Below are positions 46,010 to 56,100 of a stretch of 64,000 bases of DNA, piece by piece. The DNA is from Penicillus capitatus. Its lineage: Eukaryota; Plantae; Chlorophyta. The stretch spans positions 846,981-910,980 of the forward strand of contig OZ287695.1 of the NCBI GenBank assembly GCA_965649825.1. The letters run 5' to 3'. The notes under the pieces were generated by a model that worked only from the letters and a program-made list of their open reading frames with translations, was not told the DNA's origin and did not search any database. The first letter of the stretch is position 1, and every line of letters begins with the position of its first letter. The translations under genes and the position numbers were made by a program.

Positions 46010-47637
46010 TGCTCAGGTTCGTATGCCTTGAAGCATTGTACTTCTGGTTCGCCGACTTTGATCAGCTTCTTGGAGCTACAATCAACGAGGTAGCCGTTTG
46101 TTTCGAGGAATTTATACCCTATTATCGCTTCTTGGCCTTTTCCCTTAAAACAGTAAGCGCTGAAATTAACCGGGCGACCATCCAGCTTCGCGGGCACATC
46201 TAGATATCCCGTGATCTTCTCTCGCTCCCCGTTGGCCAAGACCACATGCCTGTCTGAAGGGAGCATGCTTGAGGCCAGTCCGAGGGCTTTCACGGTTTCC
46301 TCTTGTAGGAAATTATCCGTGGCTCCAGTATCAATGAGAGCACGGATTGACTTTCCTGCCATCTCAAGGTTAGCATGCATAGATGCTTTCTTAGGTTGGA
46401 CACTTCTGCACACAAGCGGCGATTCAGTTCTACTTATGCTTTCAACTTCGCAAAGATGAGCTCTGTCAAGAGCTTCTTCTTCATCCATATTGGCATGGCG
46501 CGCTTCTTTGGCTTTCGAAGAATGCGTTCGACGTCGGTCAGCCTCAGCTCTGATTGCGCGTTGGCTCTCTTCAAAATAGCGATCTTCAGAGAGTAATTCT
46601 TTGAACGCAATCATGATCTGATTCTTCGTCTTCAGTGTCAGAGGGAATTGTAGCTTGCCATCCCTCACGATAACGTCCCTCACAGCGCGACATGTTTCGT
46701 CTTCGTCTACGGCTGCATTACACATCGTTTGCATCGATCCGAGATCCATGTAGTCACCAAGTTTCATCGAAGGTCGGACCTCTCCAGATCTTAATCGAAT
46801 GTAATCCATCACCACACAGACTCTGTCGTAGATGAACTGGAGAGTGAGCTGATTGATGGCCACAGTCGACAGATGATACACAAAGTCGACAGGAAGTTTC
46901 TGGACTAAAAGATGAGTCACATTTTCTTCTGATAGGAGTTTCTCATCAATATACGTTTTCCCGGCTCTTCCGAATCGAACAACGAATTCGAGGAGCGTCT
47001 CTGTAGGTTTCTTCTCTAAAGCCTTCAGTTGAGCGAGGGGCTCAAGAGCGCTCTCTTGTGGAACCAATTTCTTCAACTCACACTTGATGGCACCCCATCT
47101 CAGCAGTTCATCAGTCTGAGTTCGGAAGAATGCCTCGTCTTTTTCAGCATAGTACCCCGTTTTGACTTGTTCTGACGGTAATCTCTTCACGCAGTGAACA
47201 GCCTCGAGAAGGGACTCTCCCAGAGGATTGGCGTAGTCAATCCACGACAGAAACAACCGCAGACGTTCATTGCCCGCATTTGTGCAGGACTCCAAATGAT
47301 TGACGACTCTTCTATACGTTTTTCGGTCCCATGGGTGAAGAGGTACTGGCGGCGCTTCGAGTCCTGAGCCTCCGACGCAGTCTCGAGCGATCAGTACCGT
47401 CGCGTTGACCAAAATCGAATCCCGCATTCGCACACCGTATCTCCCTTGCGCCGTCAAGAGAGCGACGCGTCCGCGCTCAAGACGGAAAAAATCACACGCA
47501 GCGTCACGCAGCTGCGCGTAACTCATCGACGCGTCAACTTCAATTTCGACTGTACGTCCGTTCCATGACACCTGACATGAGACCGCCGTACTTCTCGTCA
47601 TCTCCAAGGATTCGTTGTCCGTGCGCTCCGAAACCAT
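45961..47637 (-). CDS. gag: Gag-protease polyprotein with an N-terminal ubiquitin/SUMO-like domain
   Basis: 558-aa ORF: beta-grasp-like N-terminus ending IARDCVGG, helical Gag-like core (TETLLEFVVRF...LLVQKLP), aspartic protease ALIDTGATDNFL...IIGYKFL. No CCHC knuckle seen. Confidence 0.88.
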   Translation of the reverse strand: MVSERTDNESLEMTRSTAVSCQVSWNGRTVEIEVDASMSYAQLRDAACDFFRLERGRVALLTAQGRYGVRMRDSILVNATVLIARDCVGGSGLEAPPVPLHPWDRKTYRRVVNHLESCTNAGNERLRLFLSWIDYANPLGESLLEAVHCVKRLPSEQVKTGYYAEKDEAFFRTQTDELLRWGAIKCELKKLVPQESALEPLAQLKALEKKPTETLLEFVVRFGRAGKTYIDEKLLSEENVTHLLVQKLPVDFVYHLSTVAINQLTLQFIYDRVCVVMDYIRLRSGEVRPSMKLGDYMDLGSMQTMCNAAVDEDETCRAVRDVIVRDGKLQFPLTLKTKNQIMIAFKELLSEDRYFEESQRAIRAEADRRRTHSSKAKEARHANMDEEEALDRAHLCEVESISRTESPLVCRSVQPKKASMHANLEMAGKSIRALIDTGATDNFLQEETVKALGLASSMLPSDRHVVLANGEREKITGYLDVPAKLDGRPVNFSAYCFKGKGQEAIIGYKFLETNGYLVDCSSKKLIKVGEPEVQCFKAYEPEQKNGCGLAVNPANSQA

Positions 47638-47775
47638 GTAAGTTGACAGTCGATGGCGCGGGAAAACAAGACGAAGAGTCGGGAGAACTAATCTCTAAAA
47701 GACTGTTTGACTTCCTCCTTTTATAATGACACATGATTCATTTGATTGTGTCAGTTGTAGTCATTCATTTCCACA
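47637..47775 (-). repeat. 5' LTR (139 bp)
   Basis: Identical by eye to 43129-43267; TG/CA termini; followed immediately on the minus strand by the PBS-like TGGTTTCGGAGCGC. Confidence 0.97.
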
Positions 47776-47905
47776 CTAACCACCACAGACAGACAGTGTT
47801 TTGACGTGTTTTCAGCTAACCTCTGCCTCGGTGAACTGGCAAGGCGATGAGGGGATAAATTGCAGAGATTCGAGCAACGACTTATGTTCTGCAACGTTTG
47901 GTTGT

Positions 47906-50373
47906 TCATGTTTCGGATGCCTGTACAGATGATTGTCTATTCGAACGGGCGGCGAAGGAGTCATGGTCTTCCTGCACCAGCACCGTCAATACCAGCATAG
48001 ACATGAATGCATTGTGCCCATTGTCCAGTTTCTTCCCGCTGGCGAACAAAGTGATGTCCAATCGATTGAGAATGGCAATCGTCGTCACGAGCAGATACAC
48101 CAATCTCCAAAGAACGAAGAGCAGTCCGAGGACCAGATTGACCTACAAGGGACACAGGAATGTCCGTTTGGCGGAGGCGGCTGGGCAGACCATGGACAGG
48201 ACAACGATGAAGAAGTTGAACCATCGTGGATGTTGGATGCGTTCACCGTCTGACGAGATGAGCCACGTCTTCAGGAAATGCATGATCACTCTCTCGATCA
48301 CGAAGACCAGGAGGTAGGCGAGGATGTAGTATCCGAACTCGTCCATCAGGACAAGGGACTCCGAGTAGTTGATGATCAATCCCAGCAGGACGGAGGAGAG
48401 AACGCCGATGATGTGGAGCTGCACGACAGCCGTGCTGCAGAGGATGGCCAGGAAGACACAGGCGTCCAGAATGGGATACTTCTGCTGAAACGACGCCCAG
48501 GGACTCGCCGCCCGATTCCCTGCAGACTGTCCCTCCTGTCGAAGGGCGGCACGCAGTCCTTCTGAGATTGCAAGAGACAGCCTCTTGTGCTGTATCAGCA
48601 CGGTCACCAGACTTCGCAGGCCGACAGCAGTTCCCAGCATGTACCCAACGAACGCAGTAGTGTTCAGATCCAGAATAACTGCGTCGATGAGGTGATAGAC
48701 CTTCACCACCACTGACTTGTCGATGCTGTCGAATCCATTCTTCCATCCTGCCCCTATGAGGCACTCCTCACACCCGTCCAAGTTGCTGTTGAACTTCTCC
48801 TTGTTCCTGGCGTAGAGATCCGAGAGGTGATGTATGACCGACAGTGTGCGGATGTGGGTGTACACCAGAACGATCGCGCTGGTGAGGAATGCGGATTTGA
48901 TCCAGACGGCGTAGCGGAACCTTCCTGGCTCTTCGCGGAGAGCATTCCAGACATCTCTGGGAGACCACCAGATGGAAGAGCCTTCCGGATCCTCCTCCTT
49001 CATAAGAAAACGGCGGACGATGCTCGTCACATTGGGGACGGCTGACGATGGCCTTCGCGACGCTCCTCTTGTCTCCGGCATCTGCGGCGACGTGGAACTC
49101 GCGCCCGAAGAACTCTCAGTATAACCTCACCGCCTGTGGCTCTTCCTCGATGATTTCACAGCCCTGGCTGAATTCTCTCGTGCAACCTTGTTGGCTGTGA
49201 AGGCTTCTGGATCCGAGCTCCACGAGTTGCATCGTATCCATCTTTCTTAGAGTCCTGTGAGGCTTCGGCGCTGGAAGCGGGGTTCTGTGGAAACCATTGC
49301 TGGCGGGCGACACCGGCAAGACAACTGGTGGTGCCTCCGTCTGCACTTCCTCAAGATCCTGCATTCTGCATTCCTCTGAGGGTTTTGTCGAGACGCTTGA
49401 AGTGCTTGGCGTTGTCTGCGCATGATCACATGTGTTTCTTGCCACGTCAGAAGCAGAATGCATTTCGGGGTGCTGCGATTCAAATGACATCGACTTGGCT
49501 TGACTGTGATTGCAATGAGACGCTACTTGATCATGTGATTGAGGCTCGGGCGCTGCGTGACCTGTCGAGCCGCTTGACCATAAGCTCTGCTGATTATCAC
49601 TCGATGCCTGATTTGTGTCCCTAAACGTGTAACAAGACGTACGCCAGCGTCTGTGAAGAGAAACGCACTCTCTGTCTTCCGAGACTTCGTCAAGATGCGA
49701 TGAGTCACTGCTGCCGTGCGGCGGAGGGCAACAACAGCGACATAAGTGGCAACAACGACAGCAGCGGCAGTGGCAACAGGCACAGCATCCAAACATCCGC
49801 ACGTACAGCACATTGAAGAACACGGCCAGTGCGCTTCCGACGAACGAGATAAATGCGGTGGCTGGAACGGACACGATATCGTTCTATATGCTTGTCCTGT
49901 AAGTAAACCGAATTTTTGCAAAGTGAGCATGCTTACTGTCCGAAAAAGGATTTTGTTAACGGCATAACCCATGTACTCCCAGGCCATAATGTCGATGAGG
50001 AAGAGAGCAAATCCAGATAGGCAATTCCTTCTCCTCCACCTCTCCGTGCCCGCAGGCCTGAGATTCGGAGACAGTACTCCCACGGCTAACACTGCTTGTA
50101 TAACTGCGGCGAACATTGCCCCGAGATAACGCAGAAGCTCATCAGTCCAGCTTCCACGTTCAAAAGGCACGTAAAGAAAACCATCACGGTCGTTGACAAG
50201 CACCACCAGCTGCACAACGCCCCTGACGTCAAGCAGGAAGTCGGGAACAAGTGACCCACCCAAATGGCAATGGTCGTGTGCAGTAGTGTCGTCAGTTTCC
50301 ATGAGCGGCCCTCGAAGATAACGGAGAGAGGCAAGGAACGCGGCGCACGCTGTGGCGTCGTTTCCCCGTTCAT
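47906..50373 (-). CDS. STRA6/RBPR2-like (RBP-receptor family) multipass membrane protein, multi-exon
   Basis: RFRYAVWIKSAFLTSAIVLVY and HPRWFNFFIVVLSM|VNLVLGLLFVLWRLVYLLVTTIAILNRLDITLF...LDNGHNAFMSML follow the STRA6-family C-terminal pattern (N-x-x-x-G...R...R-x-D-x-S/T-L...D-x-G-aromatic-x-x-aromatic). Cys-rich juxtamembrane patch present. Confidence 0.62.
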
Positions 50374-50506
50374 TCGATAGACGTCAGTTACAACACCAGC
50401 TGTCAACAGTCAGTCGTCTTCTGTTACTTCAAAAAATTCGCGTCAAGTTCTAGGTTACGTTCTATTATGAAGCACAGAGGCGTCCCCCTCTTTTCCACTG
50501 CCTTCT

Positions 50507-51168
50507 TTGGCCTCGCGATATACTCTTGTCGAAATCGCCTGTCTGTGTCACGATCTGGGACATGAACTGCAGTTGCCGGCTCGAAGTCACAATCCCGATG
50601 CGTTTCTCAAACCCAAACATTCGTTGCTGGAATACGTCTACGAACACTATCAGTCGGACTCGCCCGGAGCTCAAAGAGCAAAGGAGCTGTGCAGAAGGAT
50701 TGAGTTGAGACAACTGTACACACTCTGTGGAGAAATGGCCATTCCCGAGAACCACATTCCTTGGTTCCTGACAGACAAAGTGACTGCCAGTGATATCATT
50801 ACTCGACAGAAAACCGATGGCCAGGTGAGACCCTGATAGACGACAGAGATGTCTGCCATGCCTAACAGGTCGATCTGAGGCCAGAAGACATTCACATATC
50901 CTACAACTATGCAGACTGTAGAATGAAGGACAAGAATCCGATTCGCAGAGTCAAGTGCTATCACGAGCGTTTCGATGAGATCGGCATCATGGCAGAAGAA
51001 ATCGAACCCATTCAACGACTATCCATCCGAGTCCACTGCAAGAACAGGGAACATTAGGGCGCTGTGAGAGCTGCTTTCGGGTCATTCAAGAAATCATTTG
51101 CGCCCGAGCTGTCCACTCCTGACCGCAATGAGAGGAGGTCCTTGGACACTCAGTACTTGTCTGAATGA
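50507..51168 (+). pseudogene. SAMHD1-like HD-domain dNTP triphosphohydrolase pseudogene fragment
   Basis: VEIACLCHDLGH joins directly to C-terminal-type A.ELCRRIELRQLY...GE and, after intron 50825-50868, MKDKNPIRRV...IRVHCK. The central part is missing, the N-terminus is absent, and there is an in-frame TAG at 51055-51057. Confidence 0.7.
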
Positions 51169-53104
51169 AATTGGCGGCGCTTCGCTGATGTGCATGCAAG
51201 TGCACGTCGTGACAGTCACGACCAATTTCGTTTTCCACTCGTTTTCTTTTCTGCTGCTTGTCATCCGCAACCAGCAGCGTGCATTGATTCTTGACTCTTG
51301 TGATGGAGGGCTGGGTCAAAAATATATCATTGGACCTATTATGAAGTGAGGATGTGTCGAGGGAAAATGATATAGCGTTCACGAAATCAAGCCAGGTGGA
51401 CGCATATGTTCTCTGAACCCCTTGACGGACTGCAGCGTTAAATATGCGTCCATCTGTCGCTGCTCTTTCACAAGTGTTCGTGTCGGGTCTCGATTTCATT
51501 TCATAGAGTCCACAAGATCGCGGGAATTTGTATGTTCTTCGATCCTTGGCTGATGCAGTCAGGCACTCCTTCGCTGAATGGGATACTGGACGAGGATTCG
51601 GGACATTTTGGCTTTGGGATTCGCGAATTGTAAAAGCGAATGCCTAAGAAATGTAGATCTCTCGAGTCAGAAGAGCGCCAAAACCACACCGTCCAGAGCT
51701 ATGTTCTCCGTCCTCCCGACCGCTGAGCTATCTTAATGCTGTCAGCAGAGACGACAACAAATGCGACATCGATCCATTGACATTTCAATCTCGAAGCGAC
51801 AGATTCGGGATGCACGATCTTGCAAAAAGAGACAGGCGTGATCCGACTGAGGAAAAACCATTCCCCGTTATCTGTTGTGCCTACTGCTCTCGGATCGTTC
51901 AAGGTGGAAAGCTGCATACGTCTTGTGTCGTGAAGAGGGATCATTGGAAAGGGCAATCGCGTCTGTCGTTTGTTTTGCTGTCAGCGATATCCTTGAAAGA
52001 GCCCTTTCGTTGTACGTGTCGACATTTTTGAACAAATGACGGCGAGAAATTGAGCGGATCATTCACCACGATGCATAACGATCTGTGATGCTCACCGCAC
52101 TGAGTCATCATGCCATCTTATCCCCTTTGACTCAATAGCTGAGATGTGTGCCGGTTTCGACTACCAGTTTTCATCTTGCTTCTCCATACAGCATCCATTA
52201 CTACCCCCCTTGACATGCTTTGTGGGTGTCTATCAGACTGCCGAAATCTGCTGACGCCGAGATTCATATCCAGACTCAAATCAAGAACTGCATTCGGTTG
52301 TCGCGTGCATTGACTTCCTAGTCACCGATGTCTGGATGTGCGAGCGTTCCTTCGGCTGGCACAGTCGATAACAGCCATCTCGTGCATGTTCTAAGACTGT
52401 GAAGCTGCTCTTGATGCTGTGTATTGTACTTCATCAGGTTGATATACCTTGTTCATTCTGACGCTGTGTTCCTGATTGTTTGTATACGGAATCCGACACA
52501 CGCATAATAAACGTTGACGTCACACACATTACACCATACACATATTGTAAACGTCGACAACACTTTAATCAGAATTGAATTCGATCACAGTGGTTGTGTA
52601 ATACTCTCTCATTCGCGAAAACACATCGTCATCTCTGTACGACAAGATCGGTAGGCGGCGGCGCCATGCTGCATTCTATTTTGCGGAGGCAATCTCAATC
52701 TGAGATAAACGCGCTGGGGGCTGAAGTTCCTTAAAAATCGTCCAGTGCATTAGACAAAGGAAAGATTACGTGCGGTTTTGACAGCAGTTCATTTCTACGC
52801 TATATCACTCTTTCTAAAACTAAGAACTCTGATGTCACACTCTATTGTATGCAACAAAACAAGAAAGGTAGAAAGAAAACAGAGAGCTTTGACAGCAGGT
52901 CTTCCTCCAGACATGTTTGCTGGACGTATCTCTACCACTGAAAACGGCGTTTTCATCTTGTCTCCGTCTCTGTAGACTGAAACATTGTTTAGAGAGAAGA
53001 TTGTGTAAAGAATAGCTAACCTGTAGATCGCTTCCTTCAAGTGAGAGATGTTGATCTCCGAGGCAGACTTAGATTTGACGGCTTGCGCCAGCTTCAGTCT
53101 AGAA

Positions 53105-56100
53105 CTGCCTCGACTGGCAGCCAGACCGGTCGATAGGATGCCCTGGCTGCCTCCACTGGCAGCCAGAGCAGTAAGTTGGCCTCCAGTGACGGCCAGAGCG
53201 GTCGGTAGGGTGCCCTGGCTGCCTCCAGTGGCAGCCAAAGCGGTGGGCTGGTCGCCCATTGCTGCCTCCACTGGCAGCCAAAGCGGTCGATAGGGTGCCC
53301 TGGCTGCCTCCACTGGCAGCCAGAGCAGTAAGTTGGCCTTCAGTGACGGCCAGAGCGGTCAGTAGGGTTCTCTGGCTGCCTCCACTGGCAGCCAAAGCGG
53401 TGGGCTGGTCGCCCAATGCTGCCTCCACTGGCAGCGAGAGATCGGTTAGGCTGCCCTGGCTGCCTCCACTGGCAGCCAGAGCAGTAAGTTGGCCTCCAGT
53501 GACGGCCAGAGCGGTCGGTAGGGTGCCCTGGCTGCCTCCAGTGGCAGCCAAAGCGGTGGGCTGGTCGCCCATTGCTGCCTCCACTGGCAGCCAAAGCGGT
53601 GGGCTGGTCGCCCATTGCTGCCTCCACTGGCAGCCAAAGCGGTCGATAGGGTGCCCTGGCTGCCTCCACTGGCAGCCAGAGCAGTAAGTTGGCCTTCAGT
53701 GACGGCCAGAGCGGTCAGTAGGGTTCTCTGGCTGCCTCCACTGGCAGCCAAAGCGGTTTGCTGGTCGCCCATTGCTGCCTCGAGTGACAGCGAGAGATCG
53801 GGTAGGGTGCCCTGGCTGCCTCCACTGGCAGCCAGAGCAGTAAGTTGGCCTCCAGTGACGGCCAGAGCGGTCGGTAGGGTGTCCTGGCTGCCTCCACTGG
53901 CAACCAAAGCGGTGGGCTGGTCGCCCAATGCTGTCTCCACTGGCAGCGAGAGATCGGTTAGGCTGCCCTGGCTGCCTCCACTGGCAGCCAGAGCAGTAAG
54001 TTGGCCTCCAGTGACGGCCAGAGCGGTCGGTAGGGTGTCCTGGCTGCCTCCACTGGCAGCCAAAGCGGTGGGCTGGTCGCCCAATGCTGCCTCCACTGGC
54101 AGCGAGAGATCGGTTAGGCTGCCCTGGCTGCCTCCACTGGCAGCCAGAGCAGTAAGTTGGCCTCCAGTGACGGCCAGAGCGGTCGGTAGGGTGCCCTGGC
54201 TGCCTCCAGTGGCAGCCAAAGCGGTGGGCTGGTCGCCCATTGCTGCCTCCACTGGCAGCCAAAGCGGTGGGCTGGTCGCCCATTGCTGCCTCCACTGGCA
54301 GCCAAAGCGGTCGATAGGGTGCCCTGGCTGCCTCCACTGGCAGCCAGAGCAGTAAGTTGGCCTTCAGTGACGGCCAGAGCGGTCAGTAGGGTTCTCTGGC
54401 TGCCTCCACTGGCAGCCAAAGCGGTTTGCTGGTCGCCCATTGCTGCCTCGAGTGACAGCGAGAGATCGGGTAGGGCGCCCTGGCTGCCTCCACTGGCAGC
54501 CAGAGCAGTAAGTTGGCCTTCAGTGACGGCCAGAGCGGTCAGTAGGGTTCTCTGGCTGCCTCCACTGGCAGCCAAAGCGGTGGGCTGGTCGCCCAATGCT
54601 GCCTCCACTGGCAGCGAGAGATCGGTTAGGCTGCCCTGGCTGCCTCCACTGGCAGCCAGAGCAGTAAGTTGGCCTCCAGTGACGGCCAGAGCGGTCGGTA
54701 GGGTGCCCTGGCTGCCTCCAGTGGCAGCCAAAGCGGTGGGCTGGTCGCCCATTGCTGCCTCCACTGGCAGCCAAAGCGGTGGGCTGGTCGCCCATTGCTG
54801 CCTCCACTGGCAGCCAAAGCGGTCGATAGGGTGCCCTGGCTGCCTCCACTGGCAGCCAGAGCAGTAAGTTGGCCTTCAGTGACGGCCAGAGCGGTCAGTA
54901 GGGTTCTCTGGCTGCCTCCACTGGCAGCCAAAGCGGTTTGCTGGTCGCCCATTGCTGCCTCGAGTGACAGCGAGAGATCGGGTAGGGTGCCCTGGCTGCC
55001 TCCACTGGCAGCCAGAGCAGTAAGTTGGCCTCCAGTGACGGCCAGAGCGGTCGGTAGGGTGTCCTGGCTGCCTCCACTGGCAACCAAAGCGGTGGGCTGG
55101 TCGCCCAATGCTGTCTCCACTGGCAGCGAGAGATCGGTTAGGCTGCCCTGGCTGCCTCCACTGGCAGCCAGAGCAGTAAGTTGGCCTCCAGTGACGGCCA
55201 GAGCGGTCGGTAGGGTGCCCTGGCTGCCTCCAGTGGCAGCCAAAGCGGTGGGCTGGTCGCCCATTGCTGCCTCCACTGGCAGCCAAAGCGGTCTATAGGG
55301 TGCCCTGGCTGCCTCCACTGGCAGCCAGAGCAGTAAGTTGGCCTTCAGTGACGGCCAGAGCGGTCAGTAGGGTTCTCTGGCTGCCTCCACTGGCAGCCAA
55401 AGCGGTTTGCTGGTCGCCCATTGCTGCCTCGAGTGACAGCGAGAGATCGGGTAGGGTGCCCTGGCTGCCTCCACTGGCAGCCAGAGCAGTAAGTTGGCCT
55501 CCAGTGACGGCCAGAGCGGTCAGTAGGGTTCTCTGGCTGCCTCCACTGGCAGCCAAAGCGGTGGGCTGGTCGCCCAATGCTGCCTCCACTGGCAGCGAGA
55601 GATCGGTTAGGCTGCCCTGGCTGCCTCCACTGGCAGCCAGAGCAGTAAGTTGGCCTCCAGTGACGGCCAGAGCGGTCGGTAGGGTGCCCTGGCTGCCTCC
55701 AGTGGCAGCCAAAGCGGTGGGCTGGTCGCCCATTGCTGCCTCCACTGGCAGCCAAAGCGGTGGGCTGGTCGCCCATTGCTGCCTCCACTGGCAGCCAAAG
55801 CGGTCGATAGGGTGCCCTGGCTGCCTCCACTGGCAGCCAGAGCAGTAAGTTGGCCTTCAGTGACGGCCAGAGCGGTCAGTAGGGTTCTCTGGCTGCCTCC
55901 ACTGGCAGCCAAAGCGGTTTGCTGGTCGCCCATTGCTGCCTCGAGTGACAGCGAGAGATCGGGTAGGGTGCCCTGGCTGCCTCCACTGGCAGCCAGAGCA
56001 GTAAGTTGGCCTCCAGTGACGGCCAGAGCGGTCGGTAGGGTGTCCTGGCTGCCTCCACTGGCAACCAAAGCGGTGGGCTGGTCGCCCAATGCTGTCTCCA

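Larger units (their letters stand above)
43129..47775 (-). mobile_element. Full-length, young Ty3/Gypsy LTR retrotransposon (4,647 bp)
   Basis: Two identical 139-bp TG...CA LTRs, 4-bp CTAA target duplication (43125-43128, 47776-47779), intact gag-PR and RT-RH-IN frames. The paralogous uninserted site is at about 21201-21215. Confidence 0.97.

Noticed and set aside
49082-49133. Possible eighth GC-AG intron in the STRA6-like gene (cag|gcggtg)
   Set aside because: An in-frame GT donor (gcg|gtgagg) lies 3 nt downstream and is the more likely site.
17861-52700. Endogenous giant-virus origin for ankyrin, F-box and HD-domain genes
   Set aside because: No NCLDV hallmark gene (MCP, PolB, A32, VLTF3) was recognised, and the ankyrin and HD-domain genes carry host-type introns.
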